Of a stretch of DNA of 64,000 nt, positions 17,107 through 26,689 are shown one piece after another (position 1 is the first letter of the stretch; each line of letters opens with the position of its first letter). Origin of the DNA: an uncultured Actinomycetes bacterium (lineage in GTDB: Bacteria > Actinomycetota > Acidimicrobiia > Acidimicrobiales > Acidimicrobilacustridaceae); NCBI GenBank assembly GCA_937927725.1, contig CALBSE010000011.1, positions 16,836 through 80,835 of the forward strand. The letters run 5' to 3'. Both the position numbers and the translations under genes were made by a program. The notes beneath the pieces are model-generated. The model made no database searches. It saw only the letters and a list, made by a program, of their open reading frames with translations, and was not told the origin of the DNA.

Positions 17107-18645
17107 TCACCGACCGAGGTACTCGTCGCGGATCTGTTGCTTGTAGAGCTTGCCTGTTGGCAGTCGGGGCAGTTCGTCGCGGAAGTCAAACACGCGCGGA
17201 ACTTTGAACCCTGCGAGATGTTCGCGTGCATACGCTCGCAGCACTTCGACCGTGGCATCGTCGGCGGCGACCCCGGGCTCAAGTTGTACGACGGCATGCA
17301 CGTATTCGCCAAACTCCGGATCAGGAAGACCGAACACTGCGATATCTACAACATCGGGATGCATGATCAGCGCCGATTCAATTTCGGCGGGATAGATGTT
17401 GACGCCACCAGAAATGATGGTGAATGCGCGACGGTCGGTGAGGTACAGAAACTCATCCTCGTCGAGATAACCAATATCACCGAGGGTCATCCAGTTATCG
17501 AACTTCGGGTGTCGACTGCTCTTCGTCTTTTCAGGATCGCCGTGATATTCGAAATTCGCTTTCGGTTGTTCGAAATAGACCAGCCCGATTCCGCCGGTCT
17601 CGAGTTCGTTACCTTCTTCATCGCAAATATGCGGAACGCCGTTGACGGATTTTCCAACAGAGCCGGGGTGCGCAAGCCATTCCTCGGATGTAAGGAACGT
17701 CATGCCGTTACCTTCGGTGCCGGCGTAGTACTCACTCACGATTGGGCCAAGCCACTCAATCATCTGGCGCTTTGCTTCCGGCGGACACGGAGCCGCAGCG
17801 TGCACGATGCAAGTAAGACTCGACATGTCGTAACGCGCTTTGACCTCGTCGGGTAGCGCCAACATTCGCACCATCATCGTGGGCACGACCTGGGCATGGG
17901 TGACCGAATTGCGCTCGACGGCACGCAGGAATTCCTCCGCATCGAACTTCTCGAGCACAACAACTGTGCCGCCAAGTTCGTGAACTCCACAGGACCAGAT
18001 AATCGCAGCGGAGTGATACAGCGGCGCTGGGCACAAGTACACCGACTCTGAACTCATTCCCAGCATGAACTGCTCAAGCATCGCGATGGCGCCAACGCCT
18101 TCGTCGTCAACCATCCGATCGGGAAGGGGACGCTTAATGCCCTTCGGTCGACCAGTTGTTCCCGAGGAATAGAGCATGAAGTCGCCACGATGCTGTTCTG
18201 CGAACACTTCATCGCTTGCGGCCGCAATGGCGTCCTCGTAGGACTCGAAGCCATCCACCGTCCCGTCCATCATCAATCGCACCGGGCAGTCGGGAATGAA
18301 CTCAAGCATCTCGGCCGCCACCTTCGACTGATTCGTCGTGGAGATGAACGCCTTCGCGCCCGAATCGGTAATGAGGTACGCAGCTTCTTCCGCCTGCAGA
18401 TACCGGTTCACGGTCACGAGATACATGCCCGAACGCAGAGCGGCCCAGGCAACTTCGAAATAGCGGGGATGGTTTTCAGCGAACAACGCAACCATGTCAC
18501 CGCGCACGAGACCGCGATCGTGGAGCAAGCGCGACAGTCGCCGCGAACGTTCGTCGAGTTCGGCGTAGGTCACCACCGTCCCCGAAGAACCCATAACTAC
18601 TGCGGCTTTGTTCGGCGTTGTACGCCCGTGTTCACCCGGATACAT
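17107..18645 (-). CDS. Acyl-CoA synthetase (AMP-binding)
   Basis: YSSGTTGRPKG, EYYAGTE, TLGDIGY and LPTGKL. Confidence 0.93.
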   Translation of the reverse strand: MYPGEHGRTTPNKAAVVMGSSGTVVTYAELDERSRRLSRLLHDRGLVRGDMVALFAENHPRYFEVAWAALRSGMYLVTVNRYLQAEEAAYLITDSGAKAFISTTNQSKVAAEMLEFIPDCPVRLMMDGTVDGFESYEDAIAAASDEVFAEQHRGDFMLYSSGTTGRPKGIKRPLPDRMVDDEGVGAIAMLEQFMLGMSSESVYLCPAPLYHSAAIIWSCGVHELGGTVVVLEKFDAEEFLRAVERNSVTHAQVVPTMMVRMLALPDEVKARYDMSSLTCIVHAAAPCPPEAKRQMIEWLGPIVSEYYAGTEGNGMTFLTSEEWLAHPGSVGKSVNGVPHICDEEGNELETGGIGLVYFEQPKANFEYHGDPEKTKSSRHPKFDNWMTLGDIGYLDEDEFLYLTDRRAFTIISGGVNIYPAEIESALIMHPDVVDIAVFGLPDPEFGEYVHAVVQLEPGVAADDATVEVLRAYAREHLAGFKVPRVFDFRDELPRLPTGKLYKQQIRDEYLGR

Positions 18646-18731
18646 AACTCCCCCTCGCCAAAACTGCTCTCGGCTCCAACGGAACGGACCCTAGCCCCGG
18701 CCGCGCGAAAGGCAGCGAGGAAACGCTGAGT

Positions 18732-18962
18732 TCAGTCGGAGCCGTTCATCAGTGTGAGCGCGGCGCGACAGCCTTCGCAGACGGGGTACTGATAGGGGTC
18801 ACGAGTCGGGATGAACTTCTCGCCGCACAACGCCGTGATTTCTTCGCCAAGCACATAGCCGCGCATCTGATCGTCCTTGCGAATGATGTGCGCGACCTTT
18901 CCTTCTTCCATCCCTGGATCAGAAGGTCGAGTTTCTTGGCGTTCAATAACGTCGGAGCCCAC
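18732..18962 (-). CDS. DUF3039-like small Cys/His protein
   Basis: AHI...G..ITALCG..F.P.RDP..YPVCEGC. Confidence 0.85.
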   Translation of the reverse strand: MGSDVIERQETRPSDPGMEEGKVAHIIRKDDQMRGYVLGEEITALCGEKFIPTRDPYQYPVCEGCRAALTLMNGSD

Positions 18963-19041
18963 GAGGTCAGGGTACCGCCGTCACCTCGCGCTTGAGAACG
19001 CGCTTCACTAGGTCAAGGGTGCGAGCGGGTATGTGTCCGAT

Positions 19042-20343
19042 TCAGGCTGGATGCGACCAGTGCCATGGTTCGCTGGGAAGGTTTGTGAATCCGAACCGTC
19101 CTGCGTTCGCTGCGAGCCAACCAAAGGCCGGGTCGCTGTGCGAATTGATAAACGATCCATTCGACTGAAAGTCGATGGCGAGGCCTTGTTCGTGCCATGA
19201 GAGGCCCGGGCGAGCCGTTGGTGGCGAACACGAATCAGCCGGCATCTGCCAAATCGCATAGTCCGAGGTGCCGCAGTTCTGTCGGCGTAGCTGAATCTGC
19301 ACGTTGATATCGCGGTAGCCGTAGCCGCCGAGGTTGAAGCCAGCGGACGACGCTGCCGCCATCATCGCTCGGAGATCAGTTGCGATACTTGAGGCCACAG
19401 TGATCCCGTTAACGGTCGTCAGTGGCGGATGCGGAACAACGTTCGGACCACCTGAACCGGGCGCCGTCGTGGTCGTCGAACCACCACCATTCGACGGCAC
19501 ACCCCCGCTTCCTCCGCTCGGCGGAGTCGTCGGAATACCAACCACCGCGTTTGCGAGGGCCGCTTCTTCAGCAGCGATCGATGCACCAAAAGAAGCGTCG
19601 AGTTTCGACAAATACGCGGCGTCGGAAAGGCGATCGTCGAGACGTTGACGAACCTGTGCAGCAAAGGCTTGTTGTTGCGACTGAGCGGCCGTTAATGATT
19701 GCAATGCGCCTTCGGCTTCGGCCGCATGGGATTCCGCCGCGGCCTTTGCCGCCTGGGCACGAGCCAGTTCCTCTTCGAGTCGTGCTTTGGTCGAACGAAG
19801 CTGATCGATCACGTCGGAATCACCGCGAGATTGCATGTTGAGGAACGCATTACGCGTGGCATCTTCTTGTGCCGAAGCCGCTTCGAAACGACGCATGAGT
19901 TCCTCACCGGGAGGATCGACGTACGCCTTGACGGCATACTTCGCGACGCGTGCTCGAAGTGCATCAAGGTCGCGAGTGGTTTGTGCCGCGTCCTTTTGTG
20001 CCTGTGCCGCTTCGGCGGCGCTTGTCTCGGCTTGGCGTCGAGCTTCGGAAAGCGTTGCCTGCTGACCACGAACGTTTTCGTTCAGGGTGTTGAGCGCAGC
20101 AAGTACCTGCGCCTTGGAACCCTCGAGGGCATCGACCTGAGCGGCAACCTTGGCCTGTTCGGCACGAACATTGGCTCGCTGCGTCCGGGCATCAGTGGCG
20201 ACGGCGCCAGCATTGACCGACGAACCAATGGCCACCCCAGCGGTTCCGACCAGCGTTAACGCCGTCACCGCGAGCGCGGTGAATCGACGGGTTCGCCGAG
20301 TCAGTCGGTGCTGCTTCGCACTGCGGGGGGATGTGGTGGCCAT
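19042..20343 (-). CDS. Secreted coiled-coil protein with C-terminal VanY/M15B D,D-peptidase domain
   Basis: Signal peptide, long Ala/Gln coiled coil, then PGLSWHEQGLAIDF and EPWHW zinc motifs. Confidence 0.85.
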   Translation of the reverse strand: MATTSPRSAKQHRLTRRTRRFTALAVTALTLVGTAGVAIGSSVNAGAVATDARTQRANVRAEQAKVAAQVDALEGSKAQVLAALNTLNENVRGQQATLSEARRQAETSAAEAAQAQKDAAQTTRDLDALRARVAKYAVKAYVDPPGEELMRRFEAASAQEDATRNAFLNMQSRGDSDVIDQLRSTKARLEEELARAQAAKAAAESHAAEAEGALQSLTAAQSQQQAFAAQVRQRLDDRLSDAAYLSKLDASFGASIAAEEAALANAVVGIPTTPPSGGSGGVPSNGGGSTTTTAPGSGGPNVVPHPPLTTVNGITVASSIATDLRAMMAAASSAGFNLGGYGYRDINVQIQLRRQNCGTSDYAIWQMPADSCSPPTARPGLSWHEQGLAIDFQSNGSFINSHSDPAFGWLAANAGRFGFTNLPSEPWHWSHPA

Positions 20344-20444
20344 GGTTCCTCGTCTGATCACGTCGGAGACGTGATCGTGAAAGGCCCGGTATCCGCCCGA
20401 GGACTGCTCACCTTACTGCAGGCCCCCCGGCGTCGGTCAACCCC

Positions 20445-20511
20445 TGTGGAAAAACTTGTGGAATCGTCTGGGGACCAAGGGGGCAGCGCCTGTGGAAACG
20501 GTTGTGGACAA
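20445..20511. promoter_or_regulatory. Cluster of four DnaA-box-like 9-mers
   Basis: TGTGGAAAA 20445, TGTGGAATC 20457, TGTGGAAAC 20491, TGTGGACAA 20503. Confidence 0.6.
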
Positions 20512-20516
20512 GTTTC

Positions 20517-20717
20517 TCAGGCGGACGGGGAGGCCTTCTCGGGCTGCCAAACTCCCTCGGCCATGTAGTCCTCGGCAGAGAATTCAGTTACCCACACCCG
20601 AATGGAGGGAAGGGAGGCTCCAATTGACGTGTGCACGGCCTCGGTCACGGCACTGAGCAGGGCTTTCTTCTGCTCAGGGGTGCGGCCTTCGAGCATGTTG
20701 ATCTGGATGAGAGGCAC
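20517..20717 (-). CDS. 4-oxalocrotonate tautomerase family protein
   Basis: (M)PLIQI...EGRTPEQKKAL with catalytic Pro1. Confidence 0.92.
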   Translation of the reverse strand: MPLIQINMLEGRTPEQKKALLSAVTEAVHTSIGASLPSIRVWVTEFSAEDYMAEGVWQPEKASPSA

Positions 20718-20755
20718 AAGAAACTCCGTTGATGGTCGGCAGTACTGTCCTGATC

Positions 20756-21352
20756 ATGACCGCCCCGGCCGGATCCGTCGATCCACTTTCTTCCTTTGAG
20801 GCCATCGCCTCGCAACGCCGCTCCTCACTTCGGGTCGATCCTGACAAGGCCGTTCCCGACGACCTCGTCGACCGACTGATTGTTCTTGCGGCCACGGCCC
20901 CAAATCACAAGCGCACATTTCCATGGCGGTTTCGCATCATCTCGGGATCGGCCCGAGCACAGCTTGGCGAGGCACTGGCCCAGGACCTCATCGAGGCGGG
21001 TCGGGACCAAACCAAAATCGAAAAGGCGCGTTCGAAATATCTCAGGGCACCGGTCCTGATCGCTGTGGCCTCCATCGCCGACGAAGACGCAACGTTGACT
21101 GCTGAGAATCGCGACGCCGTTTCGGCCGCAATTCAAACGCTGCTCCTCGGCGCAACGGCAGCCGGTCTCGCGTCCTACTGGTCGACCGGTGCGGCAATGA
21201 CTTCTGTCCGTCTACGCGACTTCTGCGGCTTCGACGCAACCGATACGACCGTTGGTTTGGTCTATCTCGGCTGGTCGATTGGTGATCCTCCACCAATCGA
21301 CCGACCCGCGCCTGAATCGCTGCGCATCGGCGCGTCCACCCAAACCCCGTAG
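20756..21352 (+). CDS. Nitroreductase (YdjA-like)
   Basis: RRSS, APNHKRTFPWRF and GLASYWSTG. Confidence 0.85.
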   Translation: MTAPAGSVDPLSSFEAIASQRRSSLRVDPDKAVPDDLVDRLIVLAATAPNHKRTFPWRFRIISGSARAQLGEALAQDLIEAGRDQTKIEKARSKYLRAPVLIAVASIADEDATLTAENRDAVSAAIQTLLLGATAAGLASYWSTGAAMTSVRLRDFCGFDATDTTVGLVYLGWSIGDPPPIDRPAPESLRIGASTQTP

Positions 21353-21362
21353 GGTCTCGCCG

Positions 21363-21956
21363 ATGGCTGTTTCAAAGAAGAACGCAAAACGATTTGGTCC
21401 CGACCGACCAGAGGCCCCTCCGCTGGTTCGACGTCAGCGCGTGTGGTCGGTGATTGGTACCTGGCTCTTCATTCTCGTGTTTTTCATTGCTCCGATTGGT
21501 TTCGGAAATGGAATCTTTGTCTTTCCCGCACTTCTCTTCACCGTCCTGCTGATCGCAACAATGCGACTTTCTCGTCGACCCGACGGCCCCGACGCAGAAA
21601 CGCTTTCAAAGAACGAGCTGCGGAGCGCAACAGCTACCGAGCCCGTCTCGGTACATGCGATGTGGTCCCCAGGCCCTCGAGTCCGCGGCGAACCGCCGCA
21701 ACGTGGCTTTCTCATCTGCGATGGCAAACGACTTCGTTTCGAATGCCTCAAGGATCAGGTGCGATTCGATTCCGCAATCAATCGAGTTGAGGTCATTACC
21801 CTCCCGAGCTTCATGCGACCACAACTCGATCTTTCAATCGGTGGCGTCAACCATTCACTGCGCTTCTTCCCCGCATGGGATCTTGGTGCAACGTTTGTCG
21901 GCCCCACTGTTGCCGGTGAGTGGTACGCACAGTTGAAAGAACTCGGCGCCTCCTGA
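21363..21956 (+). CDS. Hypothetical 2-TM membrane protein (paralog A)
   Basis: N-terminal hydrophobic hairpin; C-terminal MRPQL...VAGEWYAQLKELGA. Confidence 0.75.
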   Translation: MAVSKKNAKRFGPDRPEAPPLVRRQRVWSVIGTWLFILVFFIAPIGFGNGIFVFPALLFTVLLIATMRLSRRPDGPDAETLSKNELRSATATEPVSVHAMWSPGPRVRGEPPQRGFLICDGKRLRFECLKDQVRFDSAINRVEVITLPSFMRPQLDLSIGGVNHSLRFFPAWDLGATFVGPTVAGEWYAQLKELGAS

Positions 21957-21957
21957 C

Positions 21958-22590
21958 ATGGCCCGGATCAACCACACGCCGGATCCAAATCCAACACGTG
22001 CCAAAGCGCGTGCGCGCCGAAACCTCAACTTGGTTGTGTGGTGGGGAGTTGCGCTGATTCTTCTCTTCGTACTTTCGACCGGCGCGCCCTGGATCCTTGT
22101 CCTCCCCCTACTTGTTATTGGCGCACTCGTGATCACCAACACGATTCAAGTGGTTCGAGGAGAAGGTGCTGAGCAGTACGCGATTGAGCCCGGGCGTCTC
22201 GTCCAAGCCACTGCCGACAACGATCCCGTTGCGGTACCGGTGACGCGCGCACCAAACCGGCGGGAAAAAGGCCGGCGTCGAGGCACCCTCCACTTCGCCG
22301 GCGGCAAGCTGTCCTTCACCTTCGGGCCATCTCCGCGATCACGAACAAAGAAGAACGACGAGAACTTGGAGGGGACAACCATTTTCGATGCGTGGCCAGA
22401 CGACATTGTTCTTGGCTCGCGACCCACGATGATGCGTCCTCAACTCACCATGACTATCGACGGCATCATGCACGTCATTGAATTCACGATGCCCGAGGAT
22501 CTCGCTGCCGGCATGCTCGGAAAAGTCGTCGCTGGCGCATGGTTCGATCAATTGGTTGAGCTCGGGGCGACAGCCCCAACCACGAAGTAA
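21958..22590 (+). CDS. Hypothetical 2-TM membrane protein (paralog B)
   Basis: Same architecture; MRPQL...VAGAWFDQLVELGA. Confidence 0.75.
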   Translation: MARINHTPDPNPTRAKARARRNLNLVVWWGVALILLFVLSTGAPWILVLPLLVIGALVITNTIQVVRGEGAEQYAIEPGRLVQATADNDPVAVPVTRAPNRREKGRRRGTLHFAGGKLSFTFGPSPRSRTKKNDENLEGTTIFDAWPDDIVLGSRPTMMRPQLTMTIDGIMHVIEFTMPEDLAAGMLGKVVAGAWFDQLVELGATAPTTK

Positions 22591-22635
22591 GAAAAGCGAC
22601 ACCGATTCGCGCTGCCTTCGTGTCACGATTGACCC

Positions 22636-23430
22636 GTGGCACTCCTCCCCCCGCGTCCGCCCGCTGATCAAACGATGCTCAACAATGCTGTTGAGATCCT
22701 TCGCGCTGCTGGTTCATTCACCATGCAGTGGTTCGACAATCCCGCTCTGGACATCATCACGAAGAGCGATGGGACACCCGTCACCGAGGCCGACCGCGGT
22801 GCCGAACAAATCGTCCGTGATCGCCTTGCCGTCCTTCATCCCGAGGACTCCGTACTCGGAGAAGAACTTGACGACTACATCGGAAGTAGTTCGCGCACGT
22901 GGATCGTTGATCCCATCGACGGCACAAAGGCGTTTACTCGCAGCGTTCCGCTCTATTCGAACCTTCTTGCGGTTGTCGACGAACACGGGCCACTCATCGG
23001 TGTCATCAACCTTCCCGCGCTCAACACAACGGTGTACGCCGGGCGCGGCCTCGGATGTTTCCGCGATGGCCGGCCTGTACGCGTGAGCAATCGAACCGCT
23101 CCCGCGAGTTGTGTCCTTTCGACGAGTGGCTTCGGAACATGGAGTGACGAATCACTTCTCGGCGTGAAGCGAGCCGGTTTCGAATTGCGAACCTGGGGTG
23201 ACGGCTACGGCTACGCAATGGTCGCGTGCGGTGCTCTCGACGCCATGGTCGATCCTCAGGTATCACTCTGGGATATTGCGCCCATGCCCGTGATCTTCGA
23301 AGAGGCTGGTGGGATGTTCACCGGCACAGACGGCAACGAGGTGTCTCTCGTTCCGGGTTCGAATGTGTCTGGTGTTGCATCAAACGGCGTCGTGCACGAC
23401 GCGGTCATCGCCGCGATCAACAACCGCTAA
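22636..23430 (+). CDS. Inositol monophosphatase family, probably histidinol-phosphatase
   Basis: KSDGTPVTEAD, WIVDPIDGT, RTWGDGYGY and WDIAP. Confidence 0.85.
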   Translation: MALLPPRPPADQTMLNNAVEILRAAGSFTMQWFDNPALDIITKSDGTPVTEADRGAEQIVRDRLAVLHPEDSVLGEELDDYIGSSSRTWIVDPIDGTKAFTRSVPLYSNLLAVVDEHGPLIGVINLPALNTTVYAGRGLGCFRDGRPVRVSNRTAPASCVLSTSGFGTWSDESLLGVKRAGFELRTWGDGYGYAMVACGALDAMVDPQVSLWDIAPMPVIFEEAGGMFTGTDGNEVSLVPGSNVSGVASNGVVHDAVIAAINNR

Positions 23431-24245
23431 CTCTCGTCATCGTCTTCGCACACGGTGTGATCGTGACCATGCGCGTGATGATGGGGATCATCAATCAGCA
23501 CGATGCCGTCGGCCAAACGCAACAACCGGCCTCCATAGGCTTCGGCAAGGTTTGCAGCAGTCAGCACTTCCTCTGCTGTTCCACTGGCCACGACACGACC
23601 AGCCAAGAGCAAAACGTGATCGGTTTCCGCCGCTTCTGAAAGATCATGCGTAGTCATCACGATCGTGCGGCCCGCGGCGCGTTCTTGGTCAACGACATCG
23701 AGAATGTGCTGACGACTCACGACATCGAGACCGGTGACTGGTTCGTCGAGCAAAATAATGTCGCCACCTTGTGCAAGTCCTTGAGCGACAAACACCCTCT
23801 GACGTTGCCCTCCAGAAAGTTCGTGAAGATGACGCCGGGTGAGGTCGCCCAACTCGAGGCGGTCTATTGACTCATCCACGATCTGGCGATCCTCTGATGT
23901 CATCTTGCCGAACGCTCCCCGAGTTGCGAACCGCCCCATCGATACAACTTCACGAACAGTGACCGGCAGCTGATCATTGACCTTTGCCGATTGCATGACG
24001 TAGCCAACATGACGACGCATGTCGTTTGGGGTTCCGCCATTAACGGTGAGTGTTCCCGATTCAACCGGTAGTAAGCCCACGATCGCATTCAACAAACTGG
24101 ACTTGCCTGCGCCGTTCGGGCCCACGAGGGAAGTGACAGCGCCAGTGGGCAACGCAAATGAGGCATCGCGCAACACAGGGTGGCGGCCATAGGCAAGAGT
24201 GACGTCGTGTCCCTCAACCGCGATCGGTGACGCGTGTTCAGACAT
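23427..24245 (-). CDS. Zn/Mn-type ABC transporter ATP-binding protein with His-rich tail
   Basis: GPNGAGKS, LSGGQRQR, LLDEP, MTTHDL; tail DDPHHHAHGHDH. Confidence 0.9.
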   Translation of the reverse strand: MSEHASPIAVEGHDVTLAYGRHPVLRDASFALPTGAVTSLVGPNGAGKSSLLNAIVGLLPVESGTLTVNGGTPNDMRRHVGYVMQSAKVNDQLPVTVREVVSMGRFATRGAFGKMTSEDRQIVDESIDRLELGDLTRRHLHELSGGQRQRVFVAQGLAQGGDIILLDEPVTGLDVVSRQHILDVVDQERAAGRTIVMTTHDLSEAAETDHVLLLAGRVVASGTAEEVLTAANLAEAYGGRLLRLADGIVLIDDPHHHAHGHDHTVCEDDDES

Positions 24246-24332
24246 GACACTGACCGCGCTGGGCGAGAGCGGGGACGGGAATACGATCAGGCACCCGGAC
24301 AGTCTTGCCCAACCGGTGGAAAACGAGAATTC

Positions 24333-25991
24333 ATGTCCCGTATCGCCAGACAACTCGCTGCAACGATCGCGATTCTGGTTGGTGTTCTCGCTCTCGGAAC
24401 TGGGATTGCGTCGGCCCACGCCACCGTCGAGAGTTCCACTCCAGCGGACGGGCAATCGCTCCCCGCCTCTCCGAGCGAAATCAGCGTTACCTTCAACGAA
24501 CCAGTGAGTACGGCTTCTGGCGGGCTCAGCGTTCTCAACGCTGACGGCACTCACGTGGACGCGGGAAAGAGCCAAGTCACCGACGGCCGCACGCTTGTCA
24601 CGGAAATTCCCCAGCCGCTTCCTGATGGAACCTACGTCGCCACCTATCGCGTACTTTCCGCTGATGGCCACCCCGTAAGTGGTTCGTTCCTCTTTGGTGT
24701 CGGATCCGGAGCGGTCGACCGAAGTGCGCAACCTCAGGCGAGCGGCGATCGGCTTTGGGGAATCATCGGTGGGATTTCCCGAGCCCTCATGTATCTCGCA
24801 GCACTCATCGCCGCTGGCGTCGCGTTCTTCTTAGCCTTCATCCACGATCACGATGCTGATCGTTGGCGAATCGTTCCGTTTGTTCGGATTGGTTCGATCC
24901 TCGCCTTGTTCAGCGCGATCGGTGTCGTGATGAGCCAGGCCGCGCTTCTCACGGGTAAAGGTGCCGGCGCGATCACCGACACAAATGTGCTCCGCGATGT
25001 TCTCAACCAAAACCTGGGCTGGTCCCTTGCGTTGATGATGATTGGCCTTGCTGTCGTCCATCTCTCAACTGACATCACGAAAAAAGTCGTCTCGCAGTCC
25101 TTTGCGTTCTATGGCGGACTCGCCGTCACGATTTCGTTCGCTGTGTGGGGACACGCAACCGAACTTGCCCCTCGAGCGGTTTCTCTTGTTGCCGACGCAG
25201 TCCACGCAACTGCAGCTGCGCTTTGGCTCGGAGGCCTCATCGGACTGGTCATGGTCCTTTCGCTGAGATCTGCCGAGACGGTTCGTTCAACGGCAGGAAT
25301 CATCAGCCGCTTTTCTCTCATGGCCTTCTGGTCCGTCATTGCATTGGCCATTGCTGGACTTACCCTCACCGTCACCGGCTCAAACGCCAGCCTGCATGCG
25401 ATCGTGACGACAACGTGGGGTCAACTCGTCCTCGCCAAAGTCGGTCTCACCCTCATTGTTGTGATCATCGCCGCATGGAATCGACGCACGCTCGTTCCTT
25501 CACTCACGACGCCGACCGAGACAACCAACGATCTTTCGATTCGTTGGGCAACGTTGCTTCGCACGGTTCGAACTGAAGCGTTGCTTCTCGTCGTGGTGGT
25601 TTGCCTCACCGCAATTCTCGTCAACATTCCCCCGGCTCGAACTGCCGCCGTTTCAAAAACCACTCGATTCGACGTCAGCAAACGGGTCGATACCGGGACC
25701 GTTGAACTTTCGGTTGATCCTGCGATTGTGGGCCCGAACACCGTCATCGCCCGGTACGCCGACGGAACTGGACAACCACTCAATGTGGCGAACAGCATGA
25801 CCATTGAGTTCTCGCAACCCTCAGCCGGATTGGAGCCGATCACCCGGCAAGTTCCGGCTTCAGAACCAGGGGTCTTCACGATTCAAGGAAACGAATTCTC
25901 AATTCCTGGCACCTGGACCGTTACCATCGCCGTTCGAACGGGAGACTTCACCGAACAGCGCACCTCGTTCGAAGTTCCAATCCGTCGCTAA
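24333..25991 (+). CDS. CopC-CopD fusion (YcnJ-like) copper uptake/resistance protein
   Basis: Signal peptide ending ASA-H; S.DGHPVSG CopC motif; CopD transmembrane region with WGHA and W.GGL; C-terminal Ig-like domain. Confidence 0.88.
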   Translation: MSRIARQLAATIAILVGVLALGTGIASAHATVESSTPADGQSLPASPSEISVTFNEPVSTASGGLSVLNADGTHVDAGKSQVTDGRTLVTEIPQPLPDGTYVATYRVLSADGHPVSGSFLFGVGSGAVDRSAQPQASGDRLWGIIGGISRALMYLAALIAAGVAFFLAFIHDHDADRWRIVPFVRIGSILALFSAIGVVMSQAALLTGKGAGAITDTNVLRDVLNQNLGWSLALMMIGLAVVHLSTDITKKVVSQSFAFYGGLAVTISFAVWGHATELAPRAVSLVADAVHATAAALWLGGLIGLVMVLSLRSAETVRSTAGIISRFSLMAFWSVIALAIAGLTLTVTGSNASLHAIVTTTWGQLVLAKVGLTLIVVIIAAWNRRTLVPSLTTPTETTNDLSIRWATLLRTVRTEALLLVVVVCLTAILVNIPPARTAAVSKTTRFDVSKRVDTGTVELSVDPAIVGPNTVIARYADGTGQPLNVANSMTIEFSQPSAGLEPITRQVPASEPGVFTIQGNEFSIPGTWTVTIAVRTGDFTEQRTSFEVPIRR

Positions 25992-26009
25992 TCACCACCA
26001 AGGATTCAC

Positions 26010-26684
26010 ATGACACTCCGTCGCCGCTTTCTCATTGCTTCTGCCGCTTCACTTGCAGCACTTGTCGCACTTGCGGGCCCAGCATTCGCCCATGCCGATG
26101 CAACTGCGAAGGCAGAGCAAGCGGGTCGCACCGCGATCACCATTTCTCTGGAACATGGTTGCAACGGCAACCCGACAACTGGCCTTCGCGTTTCGTTGCC
26201 CACGGGTGCCACTGACGTCACCGGCACCAACACGGGGGGCTGGACCTCTACGGTTACCACCTCAGAAATCTCGTGGACGGGTGGATCCATCGCGGCAACA
26301 AAGTCTGGAGACTTCGAATTCAGTCTCGTATTGGCACAACCGGCCGGCGAAACCGTCACACTTCCAACTATCCAAACCTGCACAAACAACACAGAGATCG
26401 CATGGATTCAGGATGACAACGGCGATGAATCAGAAGCAAGTCATCCTGCTCCTCAAATTGAGGTGCCGAAAAACAGCACGTCAGCCACAACGTCGGTCGT
26501 TGCCGGCAATGGTTCGTCAACGACAGCAACTGCTCGGATGGCGACGCAATCAAACGCCGTGACTGACGAAGGCAGCAAGACCAGCACCGGCGGTCGGTAC
26601 GTCTTTATCGGGGTCTGCGCAGCGATTGCGATTGGTGCCGGAGTGCTTTTCCTCAAGTACCGCAAGAAGCCAACGAAGAGCTGA
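26010..26684 (+). CDS. YcnI/DUF1775 copper-binding membrane protein
   Basis: AFA-H mature N-terminus, EHGC, LPTIQTC...W, HPAP; C-terminal TM helix and basic tail. Confidence 0.85.
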   Translation: MTLRRRFLIASAASLAALVALAGPAFAHADATAKAEQAGRTAITISLEHGCNGNPTTGLRVSLPTGATDVTGTNTGGWTSTVTTSEISWTGGSIAATKSGDFEFSLVLAQPAGETVTLPTIQTCTNNTEIAWIQDDNGDESEASHPAPQIEVPKNSTSATTSVVAGNGSSTTATARMATQSNAVTDEGSKTSTGGRYVFIGVCAAIAIGAGVLFLKYRKKPTKS

Positions 26685-26689
26685 GCTTC

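Noticed and set aside
16450-17856. 468-aa plus-strand ORF
   Set aside because: Antisense to the nitroreductase and acyl-CoA synthetase; no family features.
24314-24335. Zur/Fur-like box (GGAAAACGAGAATTCA) between the ABC ATPase and copCD
   Set aside because: Spacing and symmetry do not fit TGAAAATNATTTTCA.
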